Assembly: GCA_030149525.1 (NCBI GenBank)
Contig: JASBRJ010000054.1
Span: 599 to 64,598 of the forward strand
Origin: a bacterium
GTDB taxonomy: Bacteria; Vulcanimicrobiota; Xenobia; Xenobiales; JADMJV01
Length of the DNA: 64,000 nt
Reading direction: 5' to 3'
Within the stretch, counting starts at the first letter, position 1. Each line of letters opens with the position of its first letter. The notes beneath the pieces were generated by a model. The model did no database searches. It worked only from the letters and a program-made list of their open reading frames with translations, and had not been told where the DNA came from. Below are positions 8,918-18,966 of the stretch, piece after piece. Position numbers and translations under genes: made by a program.

Positions 8918-11152
8918 CTAGAGCATTGTGACCACGGCGATGTCGGAGTCCGGGCTTGTATTTGTCGTGTTGTAGGCCCGGATCATGAACTCGTAGCTTT
9001 TTCCAGATCTCAGTCGTTTGACGGTGAAACCTGTGACACCGGCTCCCGTAGTACCGGCTTGACTCCATTTGGAGGAGCCGGCCTGTCGGCTGTAGACTTG
9101 GAATCCACTTTCGTTGTCGGAGTTGTCTTGCCAGGAAACCCTGGCCTCTCGACCACTGACGGCCGTCGCAACGACTTGGCTCGGGGCTGCCACGGGGGCC
9201 GGTGGGGCACCGGGGACGAAGAGCACGGCGGCTTCGCTGTAGGCAGACTCTCCCTGGGCGTTTCGAACTTGCACACGATAACCGTAGGTCACGCCGTCTG
9301 CCGGCACAGTATCCTGATAGGCTTCGGTATCGGCACCAAGTACGGCGACCTGTTCGTAGGAATTAGGCTTTCCTTTCGCCTTTTCTACACGGCGAAAGAC
9401 AATGGTCTCGGTTTCGGCCACGGCGTTGTCAACCCAAGCCAGTTGGACCTGCCGGTTCAGTAGCACCGACGCCACCAGGGCTGTCGGGGTCCCCAGGGGC
9501 TCGCCCACGGGGCTTGTTTGTTCGATGGCAAAAACAGCCGAGTCGGATGTGACCCCGTCCCCCCGCTCTACGGCAAGAGTTCCAACCATGCCGGAGGCTC
9601 CCTCAGGAACCACGGCTACAAGGCCGGTCTCGGACCAGGAAGTCGTGGGAAAGGTGAGGGCTCCCGGCTGAAAGACAACCCTTCCCGCCGCTCCAAATCC
9701 GGAACCGGCGAGAGTGACTGTCTCTCCGGGTGCCGCCATAGAAGGTGCCACTGAAGAGAGCACCACGGGCGCCGGTACGGGGACGGTTGCTCTCGCAGCA
9801 GAGGTCGCCGCGGCCGCGTTGAGACGTCCTCCGGTGGCACACAACGAGCTCAGCGAAGTCTTGGCGTCCACCGAAGCCATAAGAGCCTCCCGAACGTCGG
9901 CAAAGGAGAGGTCGGGATTGATACTCGTCATCAAAGCGACCACTCCCGCCACATGGGGTGAAGCCATGGAGGTTCCCGACAAATAAGCATAGCCGTTTCC
10001 GGGAACCGTGCTTAGAATGTTTGACCCTGGGGCGAAAAGGTCTACCGTAGTCAGTCCGTAGTTGGAAAAGCTTGAAGGCTGGTCGTAATGGTCGGAGGAA
10101 CCGACCGAGATGACGTTGGGCAGATCGTAACAAGAGGGATAGTTGAAAGATTGGTCGGTGTTGGTCGCCGCGTTTCCGGCGGCAGCCACGAAGAGCTGGT
10201 TGGCCGCGCCTGCGTTGTTGATCGCGTCCCGCATAACCTGGCTGTAGCCACCACCGCCCCAACTGTTGTTGCTCAGATGAGCGCCCTTGGAGACAGCATA
10301 ATTGATACAGCGAACGGCATCGCTGACGTATCCGCCCTCAGGCCCGAGAAAGCGCAATGCCATTATCTTGACGTTGGGAGCAACGCCCACCACGCCTGCT
10401 CGATTGTCCACAGCCGCAATGGTACCGGCTACGTGGGTTCCGTGCCCTTGCTCATCCATGGGGTCTCCATCGTTGGCGAAGGCGTCGATTCCGTGGACAT
10501 CGTCCACCCAACCGTTATTGTCGTCGTCGATTCCGTTACCCGGAATCTCATCAGGGTTGATCCACATGTTCTGTTTCAGATCGGGATGGTTATAGTCTAC
10601 CCCAGTGTCGATCACCGCAACGATCACTTCAGGGCGTCCGGTCGTCTCCCCCCAAGCTGTCGTGGCACTGATATCGGCCCCGGGGGTTCCTCCGGTTTGG
10701 CCGGAGTTCTGCAGCGCCCACTGATATCCAAAGTAAGGGTCGTCGGGAGTTGACTGATCAAACTTCAGCCAGTAGTCAGGTTCGGCGTATTCAACGTCGG
10801 GAAGGTTTCTCAAGGCGTTGACAGTTTCCTCAACGCTGTGTTCCGAGCTTATCTTGAGACGGTCCACTCCGTTGGGTAAGGTGCCCTGAAAGCTCAGTCC
10901 CACATCAGCCTGGCGAGCCAGGATGCTGATATCGTTCTGGGTGGTTCGAGCCGATATCCGCTCGCTGGTTTGGCGAAATTTCACCAAAACGGCCTCGGGT
11001 GCATAACGCGCGTTTTCAGGAATCGCGAAAGACGTGTCGTTTCCCGCGGAAGCCGAGGAAACTCCGGAGCCGGAGGTTGATTCTGTCCCACAGCCGCTAC
11101 AAAGCAATAGCGTAACGGCAACCCCCAGGCAAGATTGCATAACTTTTTTCAC
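8918..11152 (-). CDS. S8 subtilisin-like serine protease lipoprotein with IPT/TIG and fibronectin type III domains
   Basis: Lipobox-like CSGC; VIDTG, HGTHVAG, GTSMASP catalytic triad; C-terminal WxDN...Y.V FN3 repeats. Confidence 0.93.
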   Translation of the reverse strand: MKKVMQSCLGVAVTLLLCSGCGTESTSGSGVSSASAGNDTSFAIPENARYAPEAVLVKFRQTSERISARTTQNDISILARQADVGLSFQGTLPNGVDRLKISSEHSVEETVNALRNLPDVEYAEPDYWLKFDQSTPDDPYFGYQWALQNSGQTGGTPGADISATTAWGETTGRPEVIVAVIDTGVDYNHPDLKQNMWINPDEIPGNGIDDDNNGWVDDVHGIDAFANDGDPMDEQGHGTHVAGTIAAVDNRAGVVGVAPNVKIMALRFLGPEGGYVSDAVRCINYAVSKGAHLSNNSWGGGGYSQVMRDAINNAGAANQLFVAAAGNAATNTDQSFNYPSCYDLPNVISVGSSDHYDQPSSFSNYGLTTVDLFAPGSNILSTVPGNGYAYLSGTSMASPHVAGVVALMTSINPDLSFADVREALMASVDAKTSLSSLCATGGRLNAAAATSAARATVPVPAPVVLSSVAPSMAAPGETVTLAGSGFGAAGRVVFQPGALTFPTTSWSETGLVAVVPEGASGMVGTLAVERGDGVTSDSAVFAIEQTSPVGEPLGTPTALVASVLLNRQVQLAWVDNAVAETETIVFRRVEKAKGKPNSYEQVAVLGADTEAYQDTVPADGVTYGYRVQVRNAQGESAYSEAAVLFVPGAPPAPVAAPSQVVATAVSGREARVSWQDNSDNESGFQVYSRQAGSSKWSQAGTTGAGVTGFTVKRLRSGKSYEFMIRAYNTTNTSPDSDIAVVTML

Positions 11153-11407
11153 TCGTTCTCATCTCCAAGCAAGTCGATCCCCCCAAGGATGGTCATGTTT
11201 GGTCGGTTGAAATCAGATGTTTGTCGGAAAAGGAAATCTTCTTTAGGCCAAACGAGGCCTACGAAGCGACTGTAACTAAGCATCTCGACGGGACAGCGCC
11301 TGCGTTAATGGGGGAAACCCTTCCAAAAGTGTTAAAGTTTTCCCCACTTCGCTCACCTCTGATGGGCTACGTGCACCAACCACTCAAAAACTTGCTAGAC
11401 TACTTCT

Positions 11408-11827
11408 ATGAAGAAGAAAAATGTCGGAGCACTCCTAGTTGAAGTGCTTATGGGGTTTGGAATATTTACGGCAGCTTTGCTTTTCGCTTTAGGGGTCTTC
11501 CCGCACAGCCAGAGAGCTAGCGCCCAGGCCAGAACCTACACTCTGGCACGAGCGACGGCTAAGGCCAATCTGCAAGAGGAACTTGCCAAAGACCCGGCGA
11601 GTGTCGTCAGTCGGCCGCCCACTGCAATCACCAGATTTCTCTATAGCAATTCCGCGACTCCCATTAAAGTCGATCTGGAATCAGAGCTGATCGTGAGCGT
11701 TGTTACACCGTCTCCCTTCCCTCCTCAAAACGTTAAGAATGTGGAAAGTATCGTTCGCTGGAATCAGGGTGGCGGGATCGGCGTGGTCCGTCGAGAGGTG
11801 AAATATAATGCCTGGATTGCAGAATAA
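11408..11827 (+). CDS. Minor type IV pilin / pseudopilin (PilV-like)
   Basis: Class III signal KKKNVG|ALLVEVLM with Glu5. Confidence 0.7.
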   Translation: MKKKNVGALLVEVLMGFGIFTAALLFALGVFPHSQRASAQARTYTLARATAKANLQEELAKDPASVVSRPPTAITRFLYSNSATPIKVDLESELIVSVVTPSPFPPQNVKNVESIVRWNQGGGIGVVRREVKYNAWIAE

Positions 11828-12455
11828 AAGCCGCTTCCCAAACCGAACGGGTATGACCCTTATCGAAGTGGTCATCTACATTTCCGTCCTCGGGCTTTTG
11901 CTCGCCGGTGTCTACGGAACGGTCATCACAGGGTTTCGCTACCTCCGCCTGGCTCAAGCCCAGGAAACGGCGAACCAACAAGCCTTCACAGCTCTTTCTC
12001 AAATTTGTCAGGAATTGGAGAACAGCTCTCAGACCGGCTATGTCATCGGTGGCACTCCAGGTGATCAGCACGTCATCTTCCTCTCCCTCTCCGCCCCTCA
12101 ACCAGCCGATCCAGACGACCTCTCCTTTTCTACCGGCAGTCAACCGGATTGGCAAAAATGGGTTTGTTTCTATAAAAACAGTTCCAACCAACTGGTGAGA
12201 ACGGAACTCGCTACAGGCACCGGTCCGGACCCGGTTCCCTCAAACCACACTCCTCCCAACTTCACCGCAGACATACTTCCCTTGACAGGACAGCCTGTGG
12301 CCCAAAACATTTTCAAACTCGATTTTGATGACACGAACATCCCTCGCGTGGAAGTGGTCGTAGAGACTCGAGTCGAGACCAACACCGGAACCGTCACTCA
12401 AGCGAACTCATCCAACCTCCGCCTGGAAGGCGCGGCAGTTCTACTGAACCCTTAG
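11808..12455 (+). CDS. Prepilin N-terminal cleavage/methylation domain protein (PilW-like)
   Basis: RTG|MTLIEVVIY class III signal. Confidence 0.85.
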   Translation: MPGLQNKSRFPNRTGMTLIEVVIYISVLGLLLAGVYGTVITGFRYLRLAQAQETANQQAFTALSQICQELENSSQTGYVIGGTPGDQHVIFLSLSAPQPADPDDLSFSTGSQPDWQKWVCFYKNSSNQLVRTELATGTGPDPVPSNHTPPNFTADILPLTGQPVAQNIFKLDFDDTNIPRVEVVVETRVETNTGTVTQANSSNLRLEGAAVLLNP

Positions 12456-12463
12456 GAGCTCAC

Positions 12464-13783
12464 ATGAAACAACGCACAAAGAATACCGGACTGGCCATGA
12501 TCGTGGTGATGATGGCACTAGGCATCCTGGCCGTCACCACTTTGGGCATCTCTGTAATGGGCAATCTTAGCTCCATGCAAAACCGAAGTGCCGACGAAAG
12601 CGACGACGCCTTCTTCGCTGCCCGCTCCGGGCTCAGTATCAAACTTGCCCAGCTCCGGGCGGGCGACCGAACGGATCTGGATACCGTTATGCCGAACGGC
12701 ACAAGATTCAATGTCGATGTCTATGGCCCGGGCGACCCCGACGTGCCATGGCCAGGCTTTACCGTACCTGGAGGACCCAACACTTATTACATTCTGGCCG
12801 AGGGCTACAGCAAAGACGGAACGGGCGGAGACTTCGGAAAAGTCCGGCGTGTGGGGATGCTTGTTCGGAAGAACAACAGTGTCTTCAACGCGGCGGTGAT
12901 CGCGGGTACTAAACTCCAGATGGACAGTCTCAGCTTCACCGACGTATTCGATTCAGCAGGTCCGAGCCTGGCAGCTCTCGACCATCGGCTGGCAGCCGTG
13001 GCTCTTTACGACCCCTCGGCCACAGTCCAGATTGACTCGGGAGCAAAGATAGGCCGAAATGGAACCTCGGCGGAGGCCAATCTTCTCTTGCCTCCCGGCT
13101 TCAACATCGCAAACATCCTCTCAGGTGCCGCTCCAGGAGAATTCGCCGCTCAGGTTACGGAGCCGCTCATAGCCGATCCCGGTCCCATAGCCCCCCGTAC
13201 CGTCAATACGGCCGCGCCGACCATCGATCAGGACGGCGTAGGCAATGACATTGTCCTCACTCCGACCTTTAACGGTACAGAATATGTCTACAGCGGACCG
13301 GAGCTGAAAGCAGCCAACGGCGCCAAGATTATTTTTGATATCAGCGGCGTTCCAAACGGGGAAGTCGCTCACTTCGACGTCACGAAAGTTATTCTGGAAA
13401 CCGGTGGCGTGATCGAGATCAACGACGGCGGGGTCACCGACGCCAAGGTCGAGCTGTACTCGGAGAACGAGTTCAAAATCGAAGGCGGCTCGCTGGTGAA
13501 TCCGAGTTCTGTTCCCGACCGCTTCCACTTATTCTGTCGCACCGGAGAGGTCAAACTCGAAGTTCTCAGCGCAACCTATGTTGTAGCCCGCTCAGACGTG
13601 AAGGCGGTGATCGAATCTGGAAGCGAGATCTTTGGTGCGGTCACCGCCCCCGAGGTGATAATGAATCAAGGCATTGTCCACTACGACAAGCAACTGGCGC
13701 TGGGAGGCGGTAGCGGTGGTTCGAGCCTGACCCTTCTGGGTTATCATACTCATTCAAAAAAGCCCTCGAGGGCCTTCCCCTAA
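12464..13783 (+). CDS. PilX-like minor pilin with large beta-rich C-terminal domain
   Basis: NTG|LAMIVVMM lacking Glu5; AFFAARSG PilX motif; C-term IFGAVTAPEVIMNQGIVHYD. Confidence 0.75.
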   Translation: MKQRTKNTGLAMIVVMMALGILAVTTLGISVMGNLSSMQNRSADESDDAFFAARSGLSIKLAQLRAGDRTDLDTVMPNGTRFNVDVYGPGDPDVPWPGFTVPGGPNTYYILAEGYSKDGTGGDFGKVRRVGMLVRKNNSVFNAAVIAGTKLQMDSLSFTDVFDSAGPSLAALDHRLAAVALYDPSATVQIDSGAKIGRNGTSAEANLLLPPGFNIANILSGAAPGEFAAQVTEPLIADPGPIAPRTVNTAAPTIDQDGVGNDIVLTPTFNGTEYVYSGPELKAANGAKIIFDISGVPNGEVAHFDVTKVILETGGVIEINDGGVTDAKVELYSENEFKIEGGSLVNPSSVPDRFHLFCRTGEVKLEVLSATYVVARSDVKAVIESGSEIFGAVTAPEVIMNQGIVHYDKQLALGGGSGGSSLTLLGYHTHSKKPSRAFP

Positions 13784-13795
13784 CCGTGGCCGACG

Positions 13796-13827
13796 AAAAG
13801 ACCGGGTCTCACGACCCGGTCTTTTTT
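13796..13827. terminator. Bidirectional Rho-independent terminator
   Basis: AAAAGACCGGGTC-tcac-GACCCGGTCTTTTTT between convergent genes. Confidence 0.85.
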
Positions 13828-13839
13828 ACTGACCAACGG

Positions 13840-15930
13840 CTATTTGTTGGTGATGGGGGACTCGGGCAGACCGAGGTGCTGCGCCATAAAGCTCAAGGAA
13901 AGCGCCTCTCGACCGACCTTCTGAGAAAAGGACGCCCCCTGTCCGTGCCCTGCGTTGGTCTTGGTGACCACGAGCACCGGTTCGCCGGATGTGGTGGCGG
14001 CCTGAAGAGCGGCGCCGAACTTGCGCGTCTGCCAGGGGGCCACTCGGAGATCGTTTTCACCCGTCTCCAGAAGAACGGCGGGATAGGGAGTTCCGGGCTT
14101 CACATTCTGAAGAGGCGAGTAGCCTAGAACCGCCTTGAACTCCGACTCCACTGCGGTGGCGCCGTACTCAGGGATGTTGTAGCGACCGTTGGGAAATCTC
14201 TCATGACCTAACGAGTCGTAAACTCCTACCAAGCCGACCACAGCCTCGAAAGCCTGAGGGTGCTGAACAAGGGAGGCAGCCACCAGAAGTCCACCGTTAC
14301 TGCCACCCATAATTCCCAGCTTCTGGGGATTGGTCCAACCCGCTTCCTGCAGAGCCTGGGCACAGGCGTAGAAATCGTCGAAGACGTTCTGCTTATTGGT
14401 CTTCTGTCCGCCTCTATGCCAGGGCTCTCCAAACTCCCCACCTCCTCGGATGTTGGCCACGGCGTAGACTCCTCCGCGCTCAAGCCAGGCCAGCTTGGCT
14501 CCAAGGTACCGGGGTTGCTGAACCACTCCGAAGCCGCCGTAGGCATAGAGAATTGTTGGACGCTCGGCGTTGGGCGTGACCGATTTGTGATGCAGTACAA
14601 CCAGAGGAACTCGTGTACCGTCCTTACTCACGGCCTCCGTTCGGGTGAGAACGATGTCGTCGAAATTGCCGACGGGGGGAACCTCAAAAACAGTCCTCAG
14701 CTTTCCCGAGTCTGCGTTGTAGCTCACCCAGCGAATGGGATGAGTCCAGCTTTGATAGGTGATCAGAGCCTCGGAAGAACTCCCTGAGGAAGCCATGGAG
14801 CCCAACCCTATACCATCCACCGGCAACGGCACCACGCGCACGAATTCGCCCTTGCTATTCCAGTGCTCCACCCGTTGCTGATCGCCCCAAACGCGGGAGA
14901 CCAGAAGCCCACCCTTGATCGGACGAACTTCCATCACCGCCCACTGACTTTGGGGAATGAGGACTTTGAAAGAGCCGTCGGGCCGATACACTCTCACTTC
15001 TCCCCGAGGGGCGTTCTCATGACTGACAGCCAACAAGCCTTCCGAAACCCACTTACCTCCAGCCCGAATATCCGCTTCTTCGTCGACCACCATCTTCCAG
15101 CCGTCTTCCGTTTGGAACGCCAACTGATATGGTGCGCCATCCCCGAAATGGACGAGGGCGGCGGTCATCTTGCCACCTGGAGAGGTGGTGAGTTCCCACT
15201 CGGCGACTTCTGAAAGACCCTGCCCAAAAGCTTCCCGATCCGTCTCCGACTCCGTGCCGAGTTTATGGTGGTAGAGCGACGCGCTGAACAAGCTGTCTTT
15301 GGGCAGCCTGACGTAGGTCACTCCTTGCTCGTCGGCATCCCAGGCGAGGGCGGGCGGCGTCGTCCCACCGGCAGCGTCCACAAGAACATCCTTGAGCTTT
15401 TTGCCGGTTGCCGTCTCCACGAAGAAGATGGTGGTCAATTCGCTCCCACCCACAGCCGTTCCGTAGGCGACGTATTTGCCGCTGGGAGAAGGCCAGAATT
15501 CCGTGATAGCCGCCGGATGTTCGTCGGCGTTGGTGTTGACCAGCACTTTCTCTTTGCCGTTGGGCCAATCCGCCACCATTAGCACCGGTTGCGGCGAGGG
15601 GGGCGTCTCTTTCATAAAAAAGAGAGTTTGCTCCACAACTCGGGGAGAGAAACGGGTGGCAGGCGTAAGAGACAGTTCTGAAATCCTTTTGGCCAGCGCC
15701 TCCCGCCCGGCGAAGCCGGAAAGCTCCTTTTCCGCATAGCTGTTCTGAGCCTCAATCCAAGCTTTGACTTTCGGGTCGCTCCCTTCCTCAAGCCAGGCGT
15801 AGGGATCGGGCACCTTGATTCCGTGGTAGGTGCGTGAGGCAGTTGTGGTGGCGGTTTGTGGCGGATTGTCCGCCAGGGCGAACGCTTGTAATGTTAACGT
15901 AACGGCAGCGGTCAGAAGTAGTTTCTTCAA
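13840..15930 (-). CDS. Prolyl oligopeptidase (S9A), secreted
   Basis: Signal peptide; DPYAWLE, YGGFG, IRGGGEFGEPWH, GGSNGG, NDLRV, GHG. Confidence 0.95.
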   Translation of the reverse strand: MKKLLLTAAVTLTLQAFALADNPPQTATTTASRTYHGIKVPDPYAWLEEGSDPKVKAWIEAQNSYAEKELSGFAGREALAKRISELSLTPATRFSPRVVEQTLFFMKETPPSPQPVLMVADWPNGKEKVLVNTNADEHPAAITEFWPSPSGKYVAYGTAVGGSELTTIFFVETATGKKLKDVLVDAAGGTTPPALAWDADEQGVTYVRLPKDSLFSASLYHHKLGTESETDREAFGQGLSEVAEWELTTSPGGKMTAALVHFGDGAPYQLAFQTEDGWKMVVDEEADIRAGGKWVSEGLLAVSHENAPRGEVRVYRPDGSFKVLIPQSQWAVMEVRPIKGGLLVSRVWGDQQRVEHWNSKGEFVRVVPLPVDGIGLGSMASSGSSSEALITYQSWTHPIRWVSYNADSGKLRTVFEVPPVGNFDDIVLTRTEAVSKDGTRVPLVVLHHKSVTPNAERPTILYAYGGFGVVQQPRYLGAKLAWLERGGVYAVANIRGGGEFGEPWHRGGQKTNKQNVFDDFYACAQALQEAGWTNPQKLGIMGGSNGGLLVAASLVQHPQAFEAVVGLVGVYDSLGHERFPNGRYNIPEYGATAVESEFKAVLGYSPLQNVKPGTPYPAVLLETGENDLRVAPWQTRKFGAALQAATTSGEPVLVVTKTNAGHGQGASFSQKVGREALSLSFMAQHLGLPESPITNK

Positions 15931-16062
15931 TGGTAAATGTCCTTAGTCTCCAAGTTCTAAACTGCGATGCATAAATAATCGTTTCCCGAAAGATGGGTCG
16001 TTTACCCCTATGTCGAAGGCTGTTCATATAGGAAAATAGAAAACATATTCGGGAGGTAAATA

Positions 16063-16716
16063 GTGAAAAATTTCGTTTTGACAATGATGGCGTCCGTGGT
16101 CTTCTTGGCCGGTTGCGGAGGCATTTACAGAGATTGGAGAGTGCAAGGTCAGGATCTCGGATTCACGGCACCCATGCCGGCGCCTCCGCAATTCAAAGAA
16201 ACCACCAAAAAGTCTCTAGCCAACATGGGGGGCTACAAAGGCCCCGATGGGAACACGCTTCCCGAGGCGTATTACACGATCACAAAACATCAGTTGATTC
16301 TCCATCGTCCTAACCCTGATGCCAAAGCCACACCCTTTCAAAGCTCTAACGGGAATGTTGAAGAGATCCGAAAACAGACCGGTTTCGCCAGTTCCATCTC
16401 ACCGGAGATTGTGGAGATGAGCCTTATCGTTTACGAATTCGATCCCAAGATTCCGGACGATAAGATCGAAAGTGTGGTGAGTCGCCGGTATCCACAAGGC
16501 ATCACCAAAGACACCAAAATAAAGGACAAAAAGGGCAACGAATGGCTCCACCGCAAGGCCGTCTACCGATTGAAAGAGTCGGGTAACGAAATCCGGATGG
16601 AAAGGGAGAGACACCTGGTCAAGGATCATAAGGCCTACATTTGTCGACTGGCCGGTCCGGCCACACCGGATATGACCAACTTCTTTATGGATAACGCCAG
16701 AATCGTGGACAAATAA
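16063..16716 (+). CDS. Hypothetical lipoprotein
   Basis: Lipobox FLAGC; RBS GGAGGT. Confidence 0.75.
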   Translation: MKNFVLTMMASVVFLAGCGGIYRDWRVQGQDLGFTAPMPAPPQFKETTKKSLANMGGYKGPDGNTLPEAYYTITKHQLILHRPNPDAKATPFQSSNGNVEEIRKQTGFASSISPEIVEMSLIVYEFDPKIPDDKIESVVSRRYPQGITKDTKIKDKKGNEWLHRKAVYRLKESGNEIRMERERHLVKDHKAYICRLAGPATPDMTNFFMDNARIVDK

Positions 16717-16738
16717 CCCACCGCCATAGGTTTAAACA

Positions 16739-16768
16739 GAGGCTCCATCGGGGCCTCATTTGTTTTTT
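16739..16768 (+). terminator. Rho-independent terminator
   Basis: GAGGCTCC-atc-GGGGCCTC followed by a T-rich tract. Confidence 0.65.
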
Positions 16769-16842
16769 GGGAGACGATTCAAACCAGAGGGGTAACGGCC
16801 GACCTTCAAGGAGCCGAGACCTCCGCAGTCCAAACCCGCAGA

Positions 16843-18966
16843 ATGTCAACCTACCACCAACAAGCCAGAGGCACCGACTCCGCCTATGAGCGCTATCTCA
16901 AGAGCATGGACGCTTCGATGCAGCAGAAGGTTGCTCTGACAGCCGCTCATCTCCTGGCCGAAGGATGGCTGGCCGACATGGGGATGGGGTCGGGGACGGG
17001 GAGTGAAGCCTTAGCCTCTCTGTATCCCAACATGAGAGTTACGGGGGTCGATATCAATCCCGAGATGGTAAAAAGAGCGAAGAACCGATACCAACTTGGG
17101 AATCTTGACTTTCGCACGGGCGACATCGCCGATGAATGCTTCCAACCCGGCTCCCTAGACATGATCTTCAACTCCTCCGTGCTCCATCATGTGACAAGCT
17201 TCAACAACTACGAAGTGAAAGAGGCCGCTCGGGCCGTGACCAATCAGGTGCGGCAGTTGAAAGAGGGCGGCACTCTTATCGTTCGAGATTTTCTGCGACC
17301 GGATCCGGAGACGGTCGTACTGGAGCTTCCAGATTCGACGGCAGAGCTCTTTGAGCGCTTCTCCCGGGAATTCAGGAGCTTGCTCCCTCAAGAGCGTCGG
17401 GGGTTCGCGTACGAGGAGTTGGAGCCTGCCCCCGACGGCCTTCGTCGATTTCGACTGAGCTCTCAGGCGGCTGTGGAGTTTGTCCTGAGAAAAGACTACA
17501 TCGCCGACTGGGAAACCGAGGTTCAGGAAGAATACACCTACTTCACCCAGGAGCAGTTCGAGGCACTCTTCCACTCTTTAGGGCTGCGTATCCTTGCCTC
17601 CACTCCTCTCCGCAACCCCTGGATCGTGCGCAACCGTTTCCAGGGCAAGTTTCGCCTTCTCTCGATGGACGAGCGGCTCCTTATGGTTCCTCCCACCAAC
17701 TATTTGATCGTGGGAGAAAAGGTCAGTCACAAGATGGGTGTGCGTTTTCTAGCTGGTGAGGAGCGCGATCCCCTTAACTACCTTCACTTTGTGCATTATC
17801 GTCACCGAGAACGAGGAGTGATTCGAGATCTGGTACGCCGACCCAACGCGACACTCGACGTGCTACCTTATTACCGGCAAAACGGAGAGGTCTATGTTCT
17901 GGCAAGACGCAGCTACCCTCGACCCATTCTGAGCCTTTGCGGGCTCCGGTTGGACGGCAGTCTCTCACCTCACTACGTGACCGAACCGGTGATTGTCTTA
18001 CAGAAAGACCGCCCGTTGGCCCAGACCGTGGAAGAGGCCCTGAGAGACGATCTGCAGATAAGGCCTGAGAACATCCTAAGCTTCAGTCTTGGCTCCCATT
18101 GTTTTCCATCCCCCGGCGGCCTCCAAGAGCGGGTCCAAGCGGTCTTCGTGGAAATTGAACCGGTTCTGCAAAGCGGAACAACGCAGCGAGTGCGAGCCGT
18201 ATCCGCTCGGCAACTCCTGAGGGCTGCCCAAGTCGACGGCTTGCCCGACTCTCGCCTGGAAATTCATTGCGCGGAACTCCTTGGTTATTTGGGCGAACAT
18301 CCCGGCTCCTGGATCGGAGAATCGCTCACCCTGGAAGGCTCTTCAAAGAAACCGCCAAGGTCCGTCGGTCCTGGCAAGCCAAGACGCGCTTTCCTTGAAA
18401 CAGACGTGGGCTCGAACTTTCTCCACTTAGGCTCCCGAGTCTTCCGGGAGGTTAACGCTTCCGGGTCTCTCATCAAGGAAACCCAATTGGATTATGTGAT
18501 GCCCCGAGAGCTTAGCCTCAACACTGTGGCCACCGCCCTCCTCTACCAGCATGACGGCACCACCTACATCGGGCTTCAAGACGACGACTTCCCCTCTTTC
18601 CAGTGCTTCGTGGGACACAGCAATCTCGTGGTGGCTCCCGCCTGGCGCCTCCCTCGAACGGTCAACGATCTTCTGGACCTGGAAAGCTTCACGACGGGCG
18701 TGCTGGGCAAACAGCATGGGCTGAAAGTGAAGCAATTCTTTACTCTGGGCGGGCCGTACTATCCCAGCGCCGGGGCCACACCCGAGATCGTCTATCCCTA
18801 TGCAGTGGAGGTGGAACCGGCGAACCAAACCCCACCGGAACCGCTCATCTGGATCCCCATCGAGGAGGTTGCCGAAGGATTGTCGGGGTATCAAGACGGG
18901 CATCTCAGGGTGCTGGCAAGTCGCGTCTTTCGAGCGCTACATGAGATGATGGGTGAGACGATTTGA
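16843..18966 (+). CDS. Class I SAM methyltransferase fused to two degenerate Nudix-fold domains
   Basis: LADMGMGSG, GVDIN, IFNSSVLHH, LKEGGTLIVRD; two NudF/NudK-like segments FPSPGGLQERVQAVFVEI and YPSAGATPEIVYPYAVEV. Confidence 0.75.
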   Translation: MSTYHQQARGTDSAYERYLKSMDASMQQKVALTAAHLLAEGWLADMGMGSGTGSEALASLYPNMRVTGVDINPEMVKRAKNRYQLGNLDFRTGDIADECFQPGSLDMIFNSSVLHHVTSFNNYEVKEAARAVTNQVRQLKEGGTLIVRDFLRPDPETVVLELPDSTAELFERFSREFRSLLPQERRGFAYEELEPAPDGLRRFRLSSQAAVEFVLRKDYIADWETEVQEEYTYFTQEQFEALFHSLGLRILASTPLRNPWIVRNRFQGKFRLLSMDERLLMVPPTNYLIVGEKVSHKMGVRFLAGEERDPLNYLHFVHYRHRERGVIRDLVRRPNATLDVLPYYRQNGEVYVLARRSYPRPILSLCGLRLDGSLSPHYVTEPVIVLQKDRPLAQTVEEALRDDLQIRPENILSFSLGSHCFPSPGGLQERVQAVFVEIEPVLQSGTTQRVRAVSARQLLRAAQVDGLPDSRLEIHCAELLGYLGEHPGSWIGESLTLEGSSKKPPRSVGPGKPRRAFLETDVGSNFLHLGSRVFREVNASGSLIKETQLDYVMPRELSLNTVATALLYQHDGTTYIGLQDDDFPSFQCFVGHSNLVVAPAWRLPRTVNDLLDLESFTTGVLGKQHGLKVKQFFTLGGPYYPSAGATPEIVYPYAVEVEPANQTPPEPLIWIPIEEVAEGLSGYQDGHLRVLASRVFRALHEMMGETI

